This document shows, piece after piece, positions 44,587 through 53,723 of a stretch of DNA of 64,000 bases (positions are counted from its first letter, which is position 1; each line of letters starts with the position of its first letter). The stretch is taken from contig CAVRVX010000015.1 in assembly GCA_963724735.1 (NCBI GenBank), positions 10,081 through 74,080 of the forward strand. Direction: 5' to 3'. The position numbers were made by a program, and so were the translations under genes. This stretch comes from an uncultured Alphaproteobacteria bacterium (GTDB lineage: Bacteria; Pseudomonadota; Alphaproteobacteria; Rhizobiales; Xanthobacteraceae). Under the pieces are notes generated by a model. It saw nothing but the letters and a program-made list of their open reading frames with translations, did not search any database and was not told the origin of the DNA.

Positions 44587-44604
44587 TAGTTTAAATTTGA
44601 ACTA
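44587..44604. promoter_or_regulatory. AT-rich near-palindrome; putative MarR operator
   Basis: TAGTTTAAATTTGAACTA; shares TTGAACTA with 37500-37507. Confidence 0.55.
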
Positions 44605-44817
44605 GTCTCGTCTCTAGGTCGGCGGCCGGGGTGCAATCGATCGGGAGCGTCATGACGCCGCGTACCGGCATGGCATCACCCGCGAGCCGCCGGCATCGAA
44701 ACATCTTGGAGAGCCCTATTGATTTCACTCGCGGGCGGCGCGACTGAATCGTCCCGACAACGGCGCCGGACGCGAGCGCGACGTCGTCAACCGGAAAGCC
44801 GAAGCAGGGAGGAAGGC

Positions 44818-45990
44818 ATGGCAAGGCTGCTACTCGCCGCGGCGTTCGCGGCAGTTCTGATAGCGTCGGCGGCGGCTCAGGAGCCCATCAAGATCGGATT
44901 CATCTCGACCTTCTCGGGCCCCAGCGGCGGGCTGGGCCAGGAGCTTCTCGACGGCTTCAAGCTGGGCCTGAAGAAACTCGACAACAAGCTGGGCGGGCGG
45001 CCGGTCGAATTGATCCAGGGCGACGACCAGGCGAAGCCCGATGTCGGACGCCAGGTCGCCGACAAGATGATCGAGCGCGACCGCGTGCCGATTCTCACCG
45101 GCATCAACTTCTCGAACGTGATGCTGGCGGTGGCCAAGCCCGCACTCGACGCCGGCGTGTTCGTGATCAGCCTCAATGCCGGGCCCTCGCAATATGCCGG
45201 CGCGCAATGCCATCCGCACTACTTCACCGCCTCGTTCCAGAACGACACGGCGCCCGAGGCGATGGGAATTTACATGCAGAGCAAGGGCATCAAGCGCGTC
45301 TACCTGATGGCGCCGAATTATCCGGCGGGAAAAGACTTCCTCGCCGGCTTCAAACGCTACTTCAAGGGCGACATCGTCGACGAGGTCTATACCGGCTTCG
45401 GCCAGCTCGACTACGCCGCCGAGATCGCCCAGTTGCGCGACAAGAAGCCGGACGCGGTGTTCTTCTTCTATCCCGGCGGAATGGGCATCAACTTCGTTAA
45501 GCAATATTCGCAGGCCGGGTTGAAGAAAGACATCCCGCTCTACGGACCGTCGTTCTCGCTCGACCAGACCGTCCTGCCGGCGATGGGCGATGCGGCGGTC
45601 GGCGCCTTCGCCTCGACATTCTGGACCGAAGGCTTCGACAACCCCGCAAGCAAGACCTTCGCCGCCGATTTCGAGACCGAGTACGGCCGCATTCCCTCGC
45701 CGAACGCGGCGCAGGCCTACGACACGGCCTTCATCATCGATGCCGCGCTCAGGGCGATCGGCGGCAAGATCGAGGACAAGGCGGCGTTCCAGAAGGCGTT
45801 GGAGAACGTCAAATTCGACTCGGTGCGCGGCAACTTCAAATTCAACAAGAACCATTATCCCATCCAGGATTTCTACCTGGCCGAAATCGAAAAGGATCAA
45901 AAGGGCCGGCCGGTGATGGTGAAGCGCAGCCTGATCGTGCGCGACCACGCGGACGCCTACGCCAAAGACTGCAAGATGCCGGCGGGTTGA
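44818..45990 (+). CDS. ABC transporter substrate-binding protein, paralog of 34094..35278
   Basis: GGGAGGA RBS and signal peptide; KIGFISTFSGP, DDQAKPDVGRQ, GINFSNV and GQLDYAAEIAQLR shared with the paralog. Confidence 0.9.
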   Translation: MARLLLAAAFAAVLIASAAAQEPIKIGFISTFSGPSGGLGQELLDGFKLGLKKLDNKLGGRPVELIQGDDQAKPDVGRQVADKMIERDRVPILTGINFSNVMLAVAKPALDAGVFVISLNAGPSQYAGAQCHPHYFTASFQNDTAPEAMGIYMQSKGIKRVYLMAPNYPAGKDFLAGFKRYFKGDIVDEVYTGFGQLDYAAEIAQLRDKKPDAVFFFYPGGMGINFVKQYSQAGLKKDIPLYGPSFSLDQTVLPAMGDAAVGAFASTFWTEGFDNPASKTFAADFETEYGRIPSPNAAQAYDTAFIIDAALRAIGGKIEDKAAFQKALENVKFDSVRGNFKFNKNHYPIQDFYLAEIEKDQKGRPVMVKRSLIVRDHADAYAKDCKMPAG

Positions 45991-46193
45991 GCGACGAGAA
46001 TTCCCGAGGCGAGAGAAACGCGACGCGCAGGAGCGGCGGCGAGCAAGACGATGGTGAGCGTTCCGCAACGCCTGCGCAGTCCGCGCGTCGCCTTGAGCCG
46101 ATCGCATTGCCTGCGGCATAACGAGCTGCGTGAAGGGGCGTCGCGCGCCGCTCGAAGAAACGGCGCTCCCAGATCGAAGCCGCGGAGCGGGGA

Positions 46194-47066
46194 ATGTCCT
46201 TCCCATTGATCGTCGAGCAATTGCTCAACGGCATTCAGTTCGGCGTCATGCTGTTCCTGATGGCGGCAGGCCTGACGCTCGTGTTCGGCATCATGAACAT
46301 GATCAATCTCGCGCACGGCTCGCTGTATATGGCGGGCGCGTTCATTGCTGCGGCGCTGATCCCGTGGACGGGCAGCTTCCTTCTCGCCGTATTGATCGCG
46401 CTGCCGCTGACCGGCCTGCTCGGCGCTCTGCTGGAGATCGGGCTCCTGCGCCGCTTCTATACGCGCACGCATCTCGACCAGGTGCTGGTCACGTTCGGCC
46501 TGATCCTCGTGTTCAACGAGATCACGCGGCTGATCTGGGGCCCGGTCCCGGTGCCGATGCCGCTGCCTGACTGGCTCTCCGGATCGGTCGAATTGTTTGA
46601 GGGCGTGCGCTATCCGACCTTTCGGCTCACGATCCTCGCGGTCGGCGCGATCGTCGCGATCGGGCTTTATCTCGTCGTCGTGCACACGCGCGCCGGCATG
46701 TGGGTGCGCGCGGGCGCGAGCAATCGCCCGATGGCGTCCGCCTTGGGCGTCGACGTGCAACTTGTCTTCTCCATGGTCTTTGCCATCGGCGCCGCGCTCG
46801 CCGGGCTCGCCGGCATCATGGCGGGGCCGGTGTTCGCCGTGCAGATCGGCATGGGGGAGCCGATCCTTATCCTCGCCTTCGTCGTCACCACCATCGGCGG
46901 CATCGGCTCGATCCGCGGCGCTTTTCTTGCCGCCCTCGTAATCGGGATCGTCGACACGTTTGGCCGTGTGCTGTTGCCGCCTGCTCTCGGCAGCATGGTG
47001 ATCTTCATCCTGATGGCGGCCATCCTCGCGCTTCGGCCGCAGGGCCTGTTTCCGGTGAACAATTGA
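46194..47066 (+). CDS. Branched-chain amino acid-type ABC permease (LivH-like)
   Basis: GLTLVFGIMNMINLAHG and IGGIGSIRGA. Confidence 0.9.
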   Translation: MSFPLIVEQLLNGIQFGVMLFLMAAGLTLVFGIMNMINLAHGSLYMAGAFIAAALIPWTGSFLLAVLIALPLTGLLGALLEIGLLRRFYTRTHLDQVLVTFGLILVFNEITRLIWGPVPVPMPLPDWLSGSVELFEGVRYPTFRLTILAVGAIVAIGLYLVVVHTRAGMWVRAGASNRPMASALGVDVQLVFSMVFAIGAALAGLAGIMAGPVFAVQIGMGEPILILAFVVTTIGGIGSIRGAFLAALVIGIVDTFGRVLLPPALGSMVIFILMAAILALRPQGLFPVNN

Positions 47067-47068
47067 CC

Positions 47069-48106
47069 ATGCGCGACATCGCCACACCGACCAAGACGGA
47101 AAGCGGCCAGCGGCTCGCGCGCCTTCTCCCGATCGCGATCCTGATCGGCTTGCTTGCTTTGGTGCCGCCGATCGCCACCGCGATCGACGATCCGTTTCTG
47201 ATCAAGATATTCGCGCGCGTGATCGTGTTCGCCATCGCCGCGGTGGCGCTCAACTTCATTCTCGGCTTCGGCGATCTGGTCAGCCTGCTGCAGGCCGGCT
47301 TTATCGGCGTCGGCGGCTACACCGTCGCCATTCTCGCCTCGCACGAGTTCAATGCCGAACCGATCGCACTCTGGCCGTTCACGCTTGACGGCACGACCAA
47401 TCTCGCCATCTCGCTCCCGCTCGGAGCGCTCGCCGCGGCAGTGGTCGCGGTCTTGACCGGGCTCGTCTCGCTGCGCACCAGCGGCGCCTATTTCATCATG
47501 ATCACGCTCGCCTTCAATCAGATGCTCTACTACTTCTTCGTCGCCCTGCAGCGATATGGCGGCGAGGACGGTTTGCAGATTCTCGGCAATCTGCATCTCG
47601 CTGGCGTCGACGTCGCAAGACGCGTTCCGTTCTATTATCTGTGCCTCGTCACGCTGGCGCTGACGCTGCTGTTTCTCGATCGCCTGGTCGCAAGCCGCTT
47701 CGGCATGGTGATCCGCGCGCTGGCGCAAAACGAGCGCCGCGTGGTCGCGCTCGGGATTCCGCCGCTGCGTTACAAGCTGCTCGCCTTCGTCATCACCGGC
47801 ACGCTCGGCGGACTCGCCGGCGGGCTGCTCGCGGCCGGGCAGCAATTCATCAGCCCCGCCGATATGGCTTGGGCGCGTTCCGGCGAAATCGTGGTGATGG
47901 CGGTGCTGGGCGGGCTTTCGACCGTGTGGGGGCCGGTCGTCGGCGCCGCCGTGTTCCTTGTGCTCGAGCTCGTGCTTTCCTCCTTCACGATCAGCTGGCA
48001 GCTCCCTTTCGGCATTCTGATCATCGTGATGATCACCTTCCTGCGCGGCGGCCTGGCGGACCTGTGGGGCGTCGTCACGCGGCGGAAATGGCCGGGGGCG
48101 GGCTGA
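47069..48106 (+). CDS. Branched-chain amino acid-type ABC permease (LivM-like)
   Basis: GAYFIMITLAFNQM, GGEDG, NERR and VLGG...GPVVGA. Confidence 0.88.
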   Translation: MRDIATPTKTESGQRLARLLPIAILIGLLALVPPIATAIDDPFLIKIFARVIVFAIAAVALNFILGFGDLVSLLQAGFIGVGGYTVAILASHEFNAEPIALWPFTLDGTTNLAISLPLGALAAAVVAVLTGLVSLRTSGAYFIMITLAFNQMLYYFFVALQRYGGEDGLQILGNLHLAGVDVARRVPFYYLCLVTLALTLLFLDRLVASRFGMVIRALAQNERRVVALGIPPLRYKLLAFVITGTLGGLAGGLLAAGQQFISPADMAWARSGEIVVMAVLGGLSTVWGPVVGAAVFLVLELVLSSFTISWQLPFGILIIVMITFLRGGLADLWGVVTRRKWPGAG

Positions 48107-48855
48107 TGGGCGATATTCTGTTGGAAGTGTCCGGGCTGACCAAGCGGTTCGGGGGCCTCATTGCCACCAACGATCTCAATCTCGCGGTCCAGCGCGGCGA
48201 GACGCACGCGATCATCGGGCCGAACGGCGCGGGCAAGACCACGCTGATCGCGCAGCTGCAAGGCGAGCTGCGGTCCGACGAAGGGTCGATCCGGTTCAAC
48301 GGGCGGGACATTGCGCGCGAGCCCGCCTATCGGCGCGCCGGGCTCGGCATCGCCCGCTCGTTCCAGATCACCTCGATCTTTCCGAAATTTTCCGCCCTCG
48401 CCAATGTCGCGCTCGCTGTCCAGGCGCAGGCCGGCCACAGCTTCCGATTTTTTCGCCGCGCGGGCGGCGATCCGGCGCTGATCGAGCCGGCGCGGCGGGC
48501 CATCGCGACCGTCGGCCTCGCGGATCGTGCGGATACCGAGGCCGAGAATTTATCGCACGGCGAACGCCGACAGTTGGAAATCGCGATGGCGCTCGCCATG
48601 CGGCCGAGCCTGCTCCTGCTCGACGAGCCGATGGCGGGGATGAGCCGGCGCGACGGCGCCCGCATGACGCGGCTGCTCGCCGAGCTCAAGCGCGCCTACA
48701 CCATCGTGCTGGTGGAGCACGACATGGACACCGTGTTCTCGCTCGCCGACCGGATCAGCGTGCTGGTGGCCGGCCGCACCATCGCGACCGGCCCGCCCGA
48801 CGAGATCCGCGCCAATGCGGACGTCAAAGCCGCCTATCTCGGGCATCGCACGTAG
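48106..48855 (+). CDS. ABC ATP-binding protein (LivG-like)
   Basis: GPNGAGKT, LSHGE and LLDEPMAG. Confidence 0.92.
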   Translation: MGDILLEVSGLTKRFGGLIATNDLNLAVQRGETHAIIGPNGAGKTTLIAQLQGELRSDEGSIRFNGRDIAREPAYRRAGLGIARSFQITSIFPKFSALANVALAVQAQAGHSFRFFRRAGGDPALIEPARRAIATVGLADRADTEAENLSHGERRQLEIAMALAMRPSLLLLDEPMAGMSRRDGARMTRLLAELKRAYTIVLVEHDMDTVFSLADRISVLVAGRTIATGPPDEIRANADVKAAYLGHRT

Positions 48856-48875
48856 ATCGCACACAGGAAGCGCGC

Positions 48876-49577
48876 ATGCTGCTCGACGTCCGCGATATCG
48901 CGAGCTCCTACGGTTTGAGTCAGGTGCTGTTCGACGTCTCCTTCGTCGTCGGCGACGGCGAGGTCGTGACGCTGATGGGGCGCAACGGAATGGGCAAGAC
49001 GACCACCGTGCGTTCGCTGATGGGATTGGTGCGCCCGCATGCCGGCGAAATCCGTTTCCGCGGCGAACGGGTGGACGGATCGCCGCCGCACCGCATCGCG
49101 CGGCTCGGCATCGGGCTCGTCCCGGAAGGCCGGCATATTTTCCCCAATCTCACCGTGCGCGAGAATCTCGTCATGGCTGAGCGACGGCGCGGCGGCGCCG
49201 ACGCGTGGACGGTCGAGCGCGTGTTCGAGATGTTTCCCCGCCTCGCCGAGCGCGTCGCCAACCGCGGCAACCATCTCTCCGGCGGCGAGCAGCAGATGTT
49301 GGCGATCGGCCGCGCGTTGATGACCAACCCCTCGCTGCTCGTGCTCGACGAGGCGACCGAGGGCCTTGCCCCGAAAATCCGCGAGGAAATCTGGGCCAAG
49401 CTGCAGGACCTGAAGAGCACGGGGCTTGCGATCATCGTGATCGACAAGGACATAGACGCGTTGTGCGCGTTCGCCGACCGCCATTACATCCTGGAAAAGG
49501 GCGAGGTGATCTGGACCGGCTCGACCGCCGAGCTGGTCGCCAATAAGGAGCTGCAAGACCGCTATCTCGGCGTCTGA
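48876..49577 (+). CDS. ABC ATP-binding protein (LivF-like)
   Basis: GRNGMGKT, LSGGEQQM and LDEATEGL. Confidence 0.92.
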   Translation: MLLDVRDIASSYGLSQVLFDVSFVVGDGEVVTLMGRNGMGKTTTVRSLMGLVRPHAGEIRFRGERVDGSPPHRIARLGIGLVPEGRHIFPNLTVRENLVMAERRRGGADAWTVERVFEMFPRLAERVANRGNHLSGGEQQMLAIGRALMTNPSLLVLDEATEGLAPKIREEIWAKLQDLKSTGLAIIVIDKDIDALCAFADRHYILEKGEVIWTGSTAELVANKELQDRYLGV

Positions 49578-49632
49578 CGCAGGCGCAGCCCTTTTCAGGA
49601 AAGCCCGCGCCTGCCGCGCCGCGGCCAGTTAT

Positions 49633-49986
49633 CTAACTCACCGCTGGCGACGGTGCGCAGGAAAGACTGCGACCCGCCAGGTGAGTCAGAATGATCTTCG
49701 CTTCCGGCGAGAAGAGCTTCAGCGCGCCCTCGTCATCCACCGACGCCTTGATCGTGTCCCGCGCCACCGCGGCTGCGAGGAAAACCTCCAGCAAGTTCCG
49801 CGCCGCCACCGGCATGGCGAGAAGCGCGCGGACGCATTCGACAATGCCTGGCTCCTGGCTCCAGTAATAACATTCGAGAAGCCGGGCCGGATCGCGCATA
49901 TGCGAGACCAGATTTTGCACCAGCTCGGCCGTATCGAGATCTGGATCCCAATCGCCTGTGATCATGACCGAGTCGTTGCCGCTCAT
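49633..49986 (-). CDS. Hypothetical protein
   Basis: Non-shadow ORF in an intergenic gap with a protein-like helical composition (LLECYYWSQEPG); family not recognised. Confidence 0.55.
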   Translation of the reverse strand: MSGNDSVMITGDWDPDLDTAELVQNLVSHMRDPARLLECYYWSQEPGIVECVRALLAMPVAARNLLEVFLAAAVARDTIKASVDDEGALKLFSPEAKIILTHLAGRSLSCAPSPAVS

Positions 49987-50062
49987 ATCGGGCTCCCTGC
50001 TCGCTCAGGAAGAAAAACGCACTGTGCGCGTCCAAACGTTACCCGCCGCCTCACCTACAGGG

Positions 50063-50078
50063 TGTGAAAATGTTCACA
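50063..50078. promoter_or_regulatory. Perfect CRP-family box
   Basis: TGTGA-aaatgt-TCACA upstream of the 49633..49986 ORF. Confidence 0.55.
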
Positions 50079-50153
50079 GCAACCCAGAAATTGCCGGCCG
50101 ATTAATTTCGCCGCCGCGCTGGCGGCCGAAATCACGAACGCTGCAATCAGGCG

Positions 50154-51020
50154 TTATGGACCATTCATCGCGAGGGCCGGCGCGGCCCGCCCTGCGAGGT
50201 CGTCGGCGATTCGGCGACCCAAATCCTCGGGCGCGACGGGCGCTGGCCAGGTCTCCTGAAACCCCCAGCATTGCGTGCATGTCACGTCCTGTCTGATTGG
50301 AAAGATCGACGGCAGCCACCGTCCGCTGCCGATCCACAGAGCGGCAGGCACAGCGCCAGTGACATCCGCGCCATTCATGCCGTCCGCTTGCGGGTCGGCC
50401 AGTCCCGCAGCCAAGTCTGAGCCGTCGTTCTTCTCCATCTGAATCAGCTCCTGCAATTCCTCCAGCACGCTTCTGACCACGCGCGGATCGATATCCATCA
50501 GCAAATGGGTATTGTAGACGTAATTGATTTCATCGAATCCGTTCTTCAGCCCACCATTCGACAGGAAATCGGGTCCGTACCAGAGGACCGAGCGCCTGGT
50601 GTTTCCCTTTTTGATATGGTGGTTGCGTCCGAGGGACGACTGAGCGATCGCGAGCAGCAGATCGACTTCCATATGCTTCTGAAGATAAGTCGCGGTGGTG
50701 TTCCCCAGCGAATAGCCAACAAGTCCTATCTTGTATCCGTCCGCCTTCTTGTCGCTGATCTTCTTCCAGGCTGATCTGAACTCGGTGTATCGGAAAATAT
50801 CGGTTTCAATTCCGAGCCTTTGCGCCTGCGCGGCGAGATAGGGGATGCCCCACGAAAAGAAATACCCGCCCTGGCCCAGAAAAAAGGCCACGTAGGTCTT
50901 ATCCGGCGTTGGCGTCGTCGCCGCCTGCATGCGCACCGGCGAAACAAGCGCGCCAGCGGCGAGCGCAAGGATGACGACCAGTCTCCCGATGCGCGAGCCG
51001 AATTGCACGCCACTCTCCAC
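50154..51020 (-). CDS. Secreted alpha/beta-hydrolase-fold protein
   Basis: Signal peptide and a GYSLG (GxSxG) nucleophile elbow; more AT-rich codons than neighbouring genes. Confidence 0.65.
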   Translation of the reverse strand: MESGVQFGSRIGRLVVILALAAGALVSPVRMQAATTPTPDKTYVAFFLGQGGYFFSWGIPYLAAQAQRLGIETDIFRYTEFRSAWKKISDKKADGYKIGLVGYSLGNTTATYLQKHMEVDLLLAIAQSSLGRNHHIKKGNTRRSVLWYGPDFLSNGGLKNGFDEINYVYNTHLLMDIDPRVVRSVLEELQELIQMEKNDGSDLAAGLADPQADGMNGADVTGAVPAALWIGSGRWLPSIFPIRQDVTCTQCWGFQETWPAPVAPEDLGRRIADDLAGRAAPALAMNGP

Positions 51021-51156
51021 CCGTCCTTGACTCTCCGGGCGCCCGCACAGCCACCTGTGGGCGGCACGCGCGGCGCCGCTCTGCGCCCGGCGCGGTCGTC
51101 GCGGCGAACCGTGCCAGCGGTCCCGGACACCGAGTTGCCATTACGGGCTCGCCCGG

Positions 51157-51171
51157 TTAACGCGCGGTTAA
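51157..51171 (-). promoter_or_regulatory. CtrA-binding box
   Basis: Minus strand reads TTAA-ccgcgcg-TTAAC, matching the consensus, about 140 bp upstream of the hydrolase gene. Confidence 0.6.
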
Positions 51172-51247
51172 GGGTGGGGCCATGCGCGGCGGTTCGCTCT
51201 GCATTTCTCGGACTGAGAAATCGGTCGCCGCCCGCGAACACGCCGGA

Positions 51248-51904
51248 TCATCCGCCGGCAGGCAGCGGCGGAAAACGCGCGAGCGCGGCGATCACCTCGC
51301 TGTCGCTCGTCTGGCGGAAATCCGAATAGAAGAATCCAATTGCGCCGAAGTCGTCGTAGTCTTCCAGGCAGACCACCTCGTCCGCTTCGTCGCGCATTGC
51401 GACGAGCGTCTCGGTCGGCGCGACCGGCACGGCAAGGATGAGCTTCTTCGGCCCGCGCAGCCGCAAGGCGCGCAAGGCGGCGCGAGTCGTGGCGCCGGTC
51501 GCAATGCCGTCGTCGATCACGATGGCGACACGGCCGGCGACGTCGACGCGCGGGCGCGTCCCGAGATAGCGCTCGCGCCGCCGTTCGATCTCGACAAGCT
51601 CCTCGGCGCAGACGGCCTGGAGCTTCGCTTCGCTCACGCCGGTGAGCCGGATCACGTCTTCGTTGCGCACGATGATCGGCGCGGCGCCGTCGACCACGGC
51701 GCCCATCGCGAGTTCGGGTTGGAACGGAACGCCGAGCTTGCGCACGAGCACGAGGTCGAGCGGCGCGCCGAGCGCGGCGGCGACCTCGGCCGCGACCGGC
51801 ACCCCGCCGCGCGGCAGCGCCAGCACGACCGGCCGTTCGTTCTTGTAGGCGGCGAGCGCGGCCGCTAGCTGGCGTCCGGCGTCCGCACGATTCCTGAACG
51901 GCAT
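51248..51904 (-). CDS. Type I phosphoribosyltransferase (Rv2030c N-terminal-like)
   Basis: FRNRADAGRQLA, ALPRGGVPVA, VRKLGVP and VIDDGIATGAT PRPP loop. Confidence 0.88.
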   Translation of the reverse strand: MPFRNRADAGRQLAAALAAYKNERPVVLALPRGGVPVAAEVAAALGAPLDLVLVRKLGVPFQPELAMGAVVDGAAPIIVRNEDVIRLTGVSEAKLQAVCAEELVEIERRRERYLGTRPRVDVAGRVAIVIDDGIATGATTRAALRALRLRGPKKLILAVPVAPTETLVAMRDEADEVVCLEDYDDFGAIGFFYSDFRQTSDSEVIAALARFPPLPAGG

Positions 51905-51950
51905 GGCATGCCTCCCCCCGCTTCCGGCGCGCTGCGGTTCGCCCTCTTGT

Positions 51951-52580
51951 TCACACTGCGTCGACCAGCAGCACGTCGAGCTTCTTAAGCGACGACCGTG
52001 TGTCCGCCACCGAATTATCGACGTCGATGCCGCGGCACGCCCCCTCGATCACGACCACGTCGAAGCCGATGCGGCGCGCATCCTCGGCCGAGTAGCGCAC
52101 GCAGAAATCGAAGGCGAGCCCGGCGATGAAGACCTGCGAGAACCCGCGTTCACGCAAATAACCCGCAAGTCCGGTCGGCGTCTTGTGGTCATTCTCATAG
52201 AAAGCGGAATAGGAATCGATCTCGCGCCGGAACCCCTTGCGAAGGATCAGCTCGGCATGCGGGATCAAGAGCTCGGAATGAAAGGCCGCCCCGAACGTGG
52301 CCTGCACGCAATGGTCGGGCCACAAGATCTGCGGCCCGTATGCGACGGTGATCGCCTGATAGGGCGCATGGCCCGGATGGGCCGAAGCGAACGAATGATG
52401 GCCAGGCGGATGCCAATCCTGGGTCAGCACGACATGGCGGAACCGCGAGGCGTGGCGGTTGACCGCCGGGACCACTTCGTGACCGCGGGTCACCGGCAGC
52501 GCGCCGCCGGGGCAGAAATCGTTCTGGACATCAACGACGATGAGGACGTCATTGTCGGTAATCGATATCGGCCCGCTCAT
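51951..52580 (-). CDS. pncA: Nicotinamidase/pyrazinamidase
   Basis: VDVQNDF, QDWHP.GH, WPDHC, RKG...DSYSAF and GLAFDFCV. Confidence 0.92.
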   Translation of the reverse strand: MSGPISITDNDVLIVVDVQNDFCPGGALPVTRGHEVVPAVNRHASRFRHVVLTQDWHPPGHHSFASAHPGHAPYQAITVAYGPQILWPDHCVQATFGAAFHSELLIPHAELILRKGFRREIDSYSAFYENDHKTPTGLAGYLRERGFSQVFIAGLAFDFCVRYSAEDARRIGFDVVVIEGACRGIDVDNSVADTRSSLKKLDVLLVDAV

Positions 52581-52634
52581 GGTCGGCGCTCCGCTCACGC
52601 ACAGCCTATTCAATTCTCCGCGCCCGCGGGAGCC

Positions 52635-52648
52635 TTGAGCCAGATCAA
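52635..52648. promoter_or_regulatory. FixK/FNR box between divergent pncA and prs
   Basis: TTGAG-CCAG-ATCAA. Confidence 0.7.
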
Positions 52649-52744
52649 CGTTTCCGGCGGGCCGTTGAGCGAGCATCCTAACGGATTTCTGAGCCCCGAT
52701 CGATCCACGCGCGGCGGCCGCGTTGACGTATGGACGGTTCCGTC

Positions 52745-53723
52745 GTGACCTCCCTTGCTCTGTTCGCCCTCAATGCGACGGCCGACCTCGGCCGCGCGAT
52801 CGCGCAGGAACTATGGGTCACGCTCGCGCCCCACGAGGAACGCGAATTCGAGGACGGCGAGCACAAAGCGCGCCCGCTCGAACTCGGTCGAGGGCGCGGA
52901 CGCCTATGTGATCCAAAGCCTGCACAGCGGCCCCTCCCAGAGCGCCGCCGACAAGCTCGTCCGCCTGTTGTTTTTTATCGGCGCGCTCAAAGATGCCGGC
53001 GCGGCGCGGGTGACGGCGGTGACGCCCTATCTCTGCTATGCGCGCAAGGACCGGCGTACCAAGGCGCGCGATCCGGTGACCACCCGGTATCTTGCAACGC
53101 TGTTCGAAAGCGTCGGGACCGACACGATCGTCGCGCTCGACGTGCACAATCCCGCGGCGTTCGAGAACGCCTTCCGTGGCCGCACGATCGCGGCGACGGC
53201 GGCGCCACTGTTCGTTGATTACGCCAAGCGGCTGGCCGACCGGCCGCTCGCCGTCATCTCGCCCGATGCGGGCGGCGCCAAGCGGGCGGAGATTTTCCGC
53301 GAGGCGCTGGAGAAAGCGCGCAACGAACCGATCGGCAAGGGTTTCGCGGAAAAGCACCGCAGCTCCGGCGTCGTCTCCGGCGACCTGTTCGTCGGCGACG
53401 TGGCGGGCGCGACGGCGCTCGTCATCGACGATCTCATCAGCACCGGCACAACGCTCGTGCGCGCCGCAAAGGCGGCGCGTCAGGCCGGCGCGCGCCGGGT
53501 GATCGCGATGGTGACGCACGGCCTGTTCATGCCCGGCGCCGAAAAGGCGATCGCCGATCCGGCGCTCGACCAGTTGGCGGTCACCGACGCGGTTCCTGCC
53601 TTCCGGCTTGTCTCCGACGCCGCGCGCGAGAAAGTCGAAGTGCTGCCGGTTGCGCCGTTGCTCGCCGAGATCATCCGCCGATTGCACGCAAGGCGAAGCC
53701 TCGCCGACCTGCAGATCCTCTGA
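52745..53723 (+). pseudogene. prs: Ribose-phosphate pyrophosphokinase with a +1 frameshift near 52881
   Basis: EFEDGEHKARPL continues in a shifted frame as SVEGADAYV; YLCYARKDRR, DVHN, SPDAGG and DDLISTGTT. Confidence 0.8.

Noticed and set aside
52870-52890. Programmed frameshifting in prs (also considered for fixK and the GmrSD-like gene)
   Set aside because: There is no slippery heptamer or stimulatory structure, and these families are not known to be recoded.
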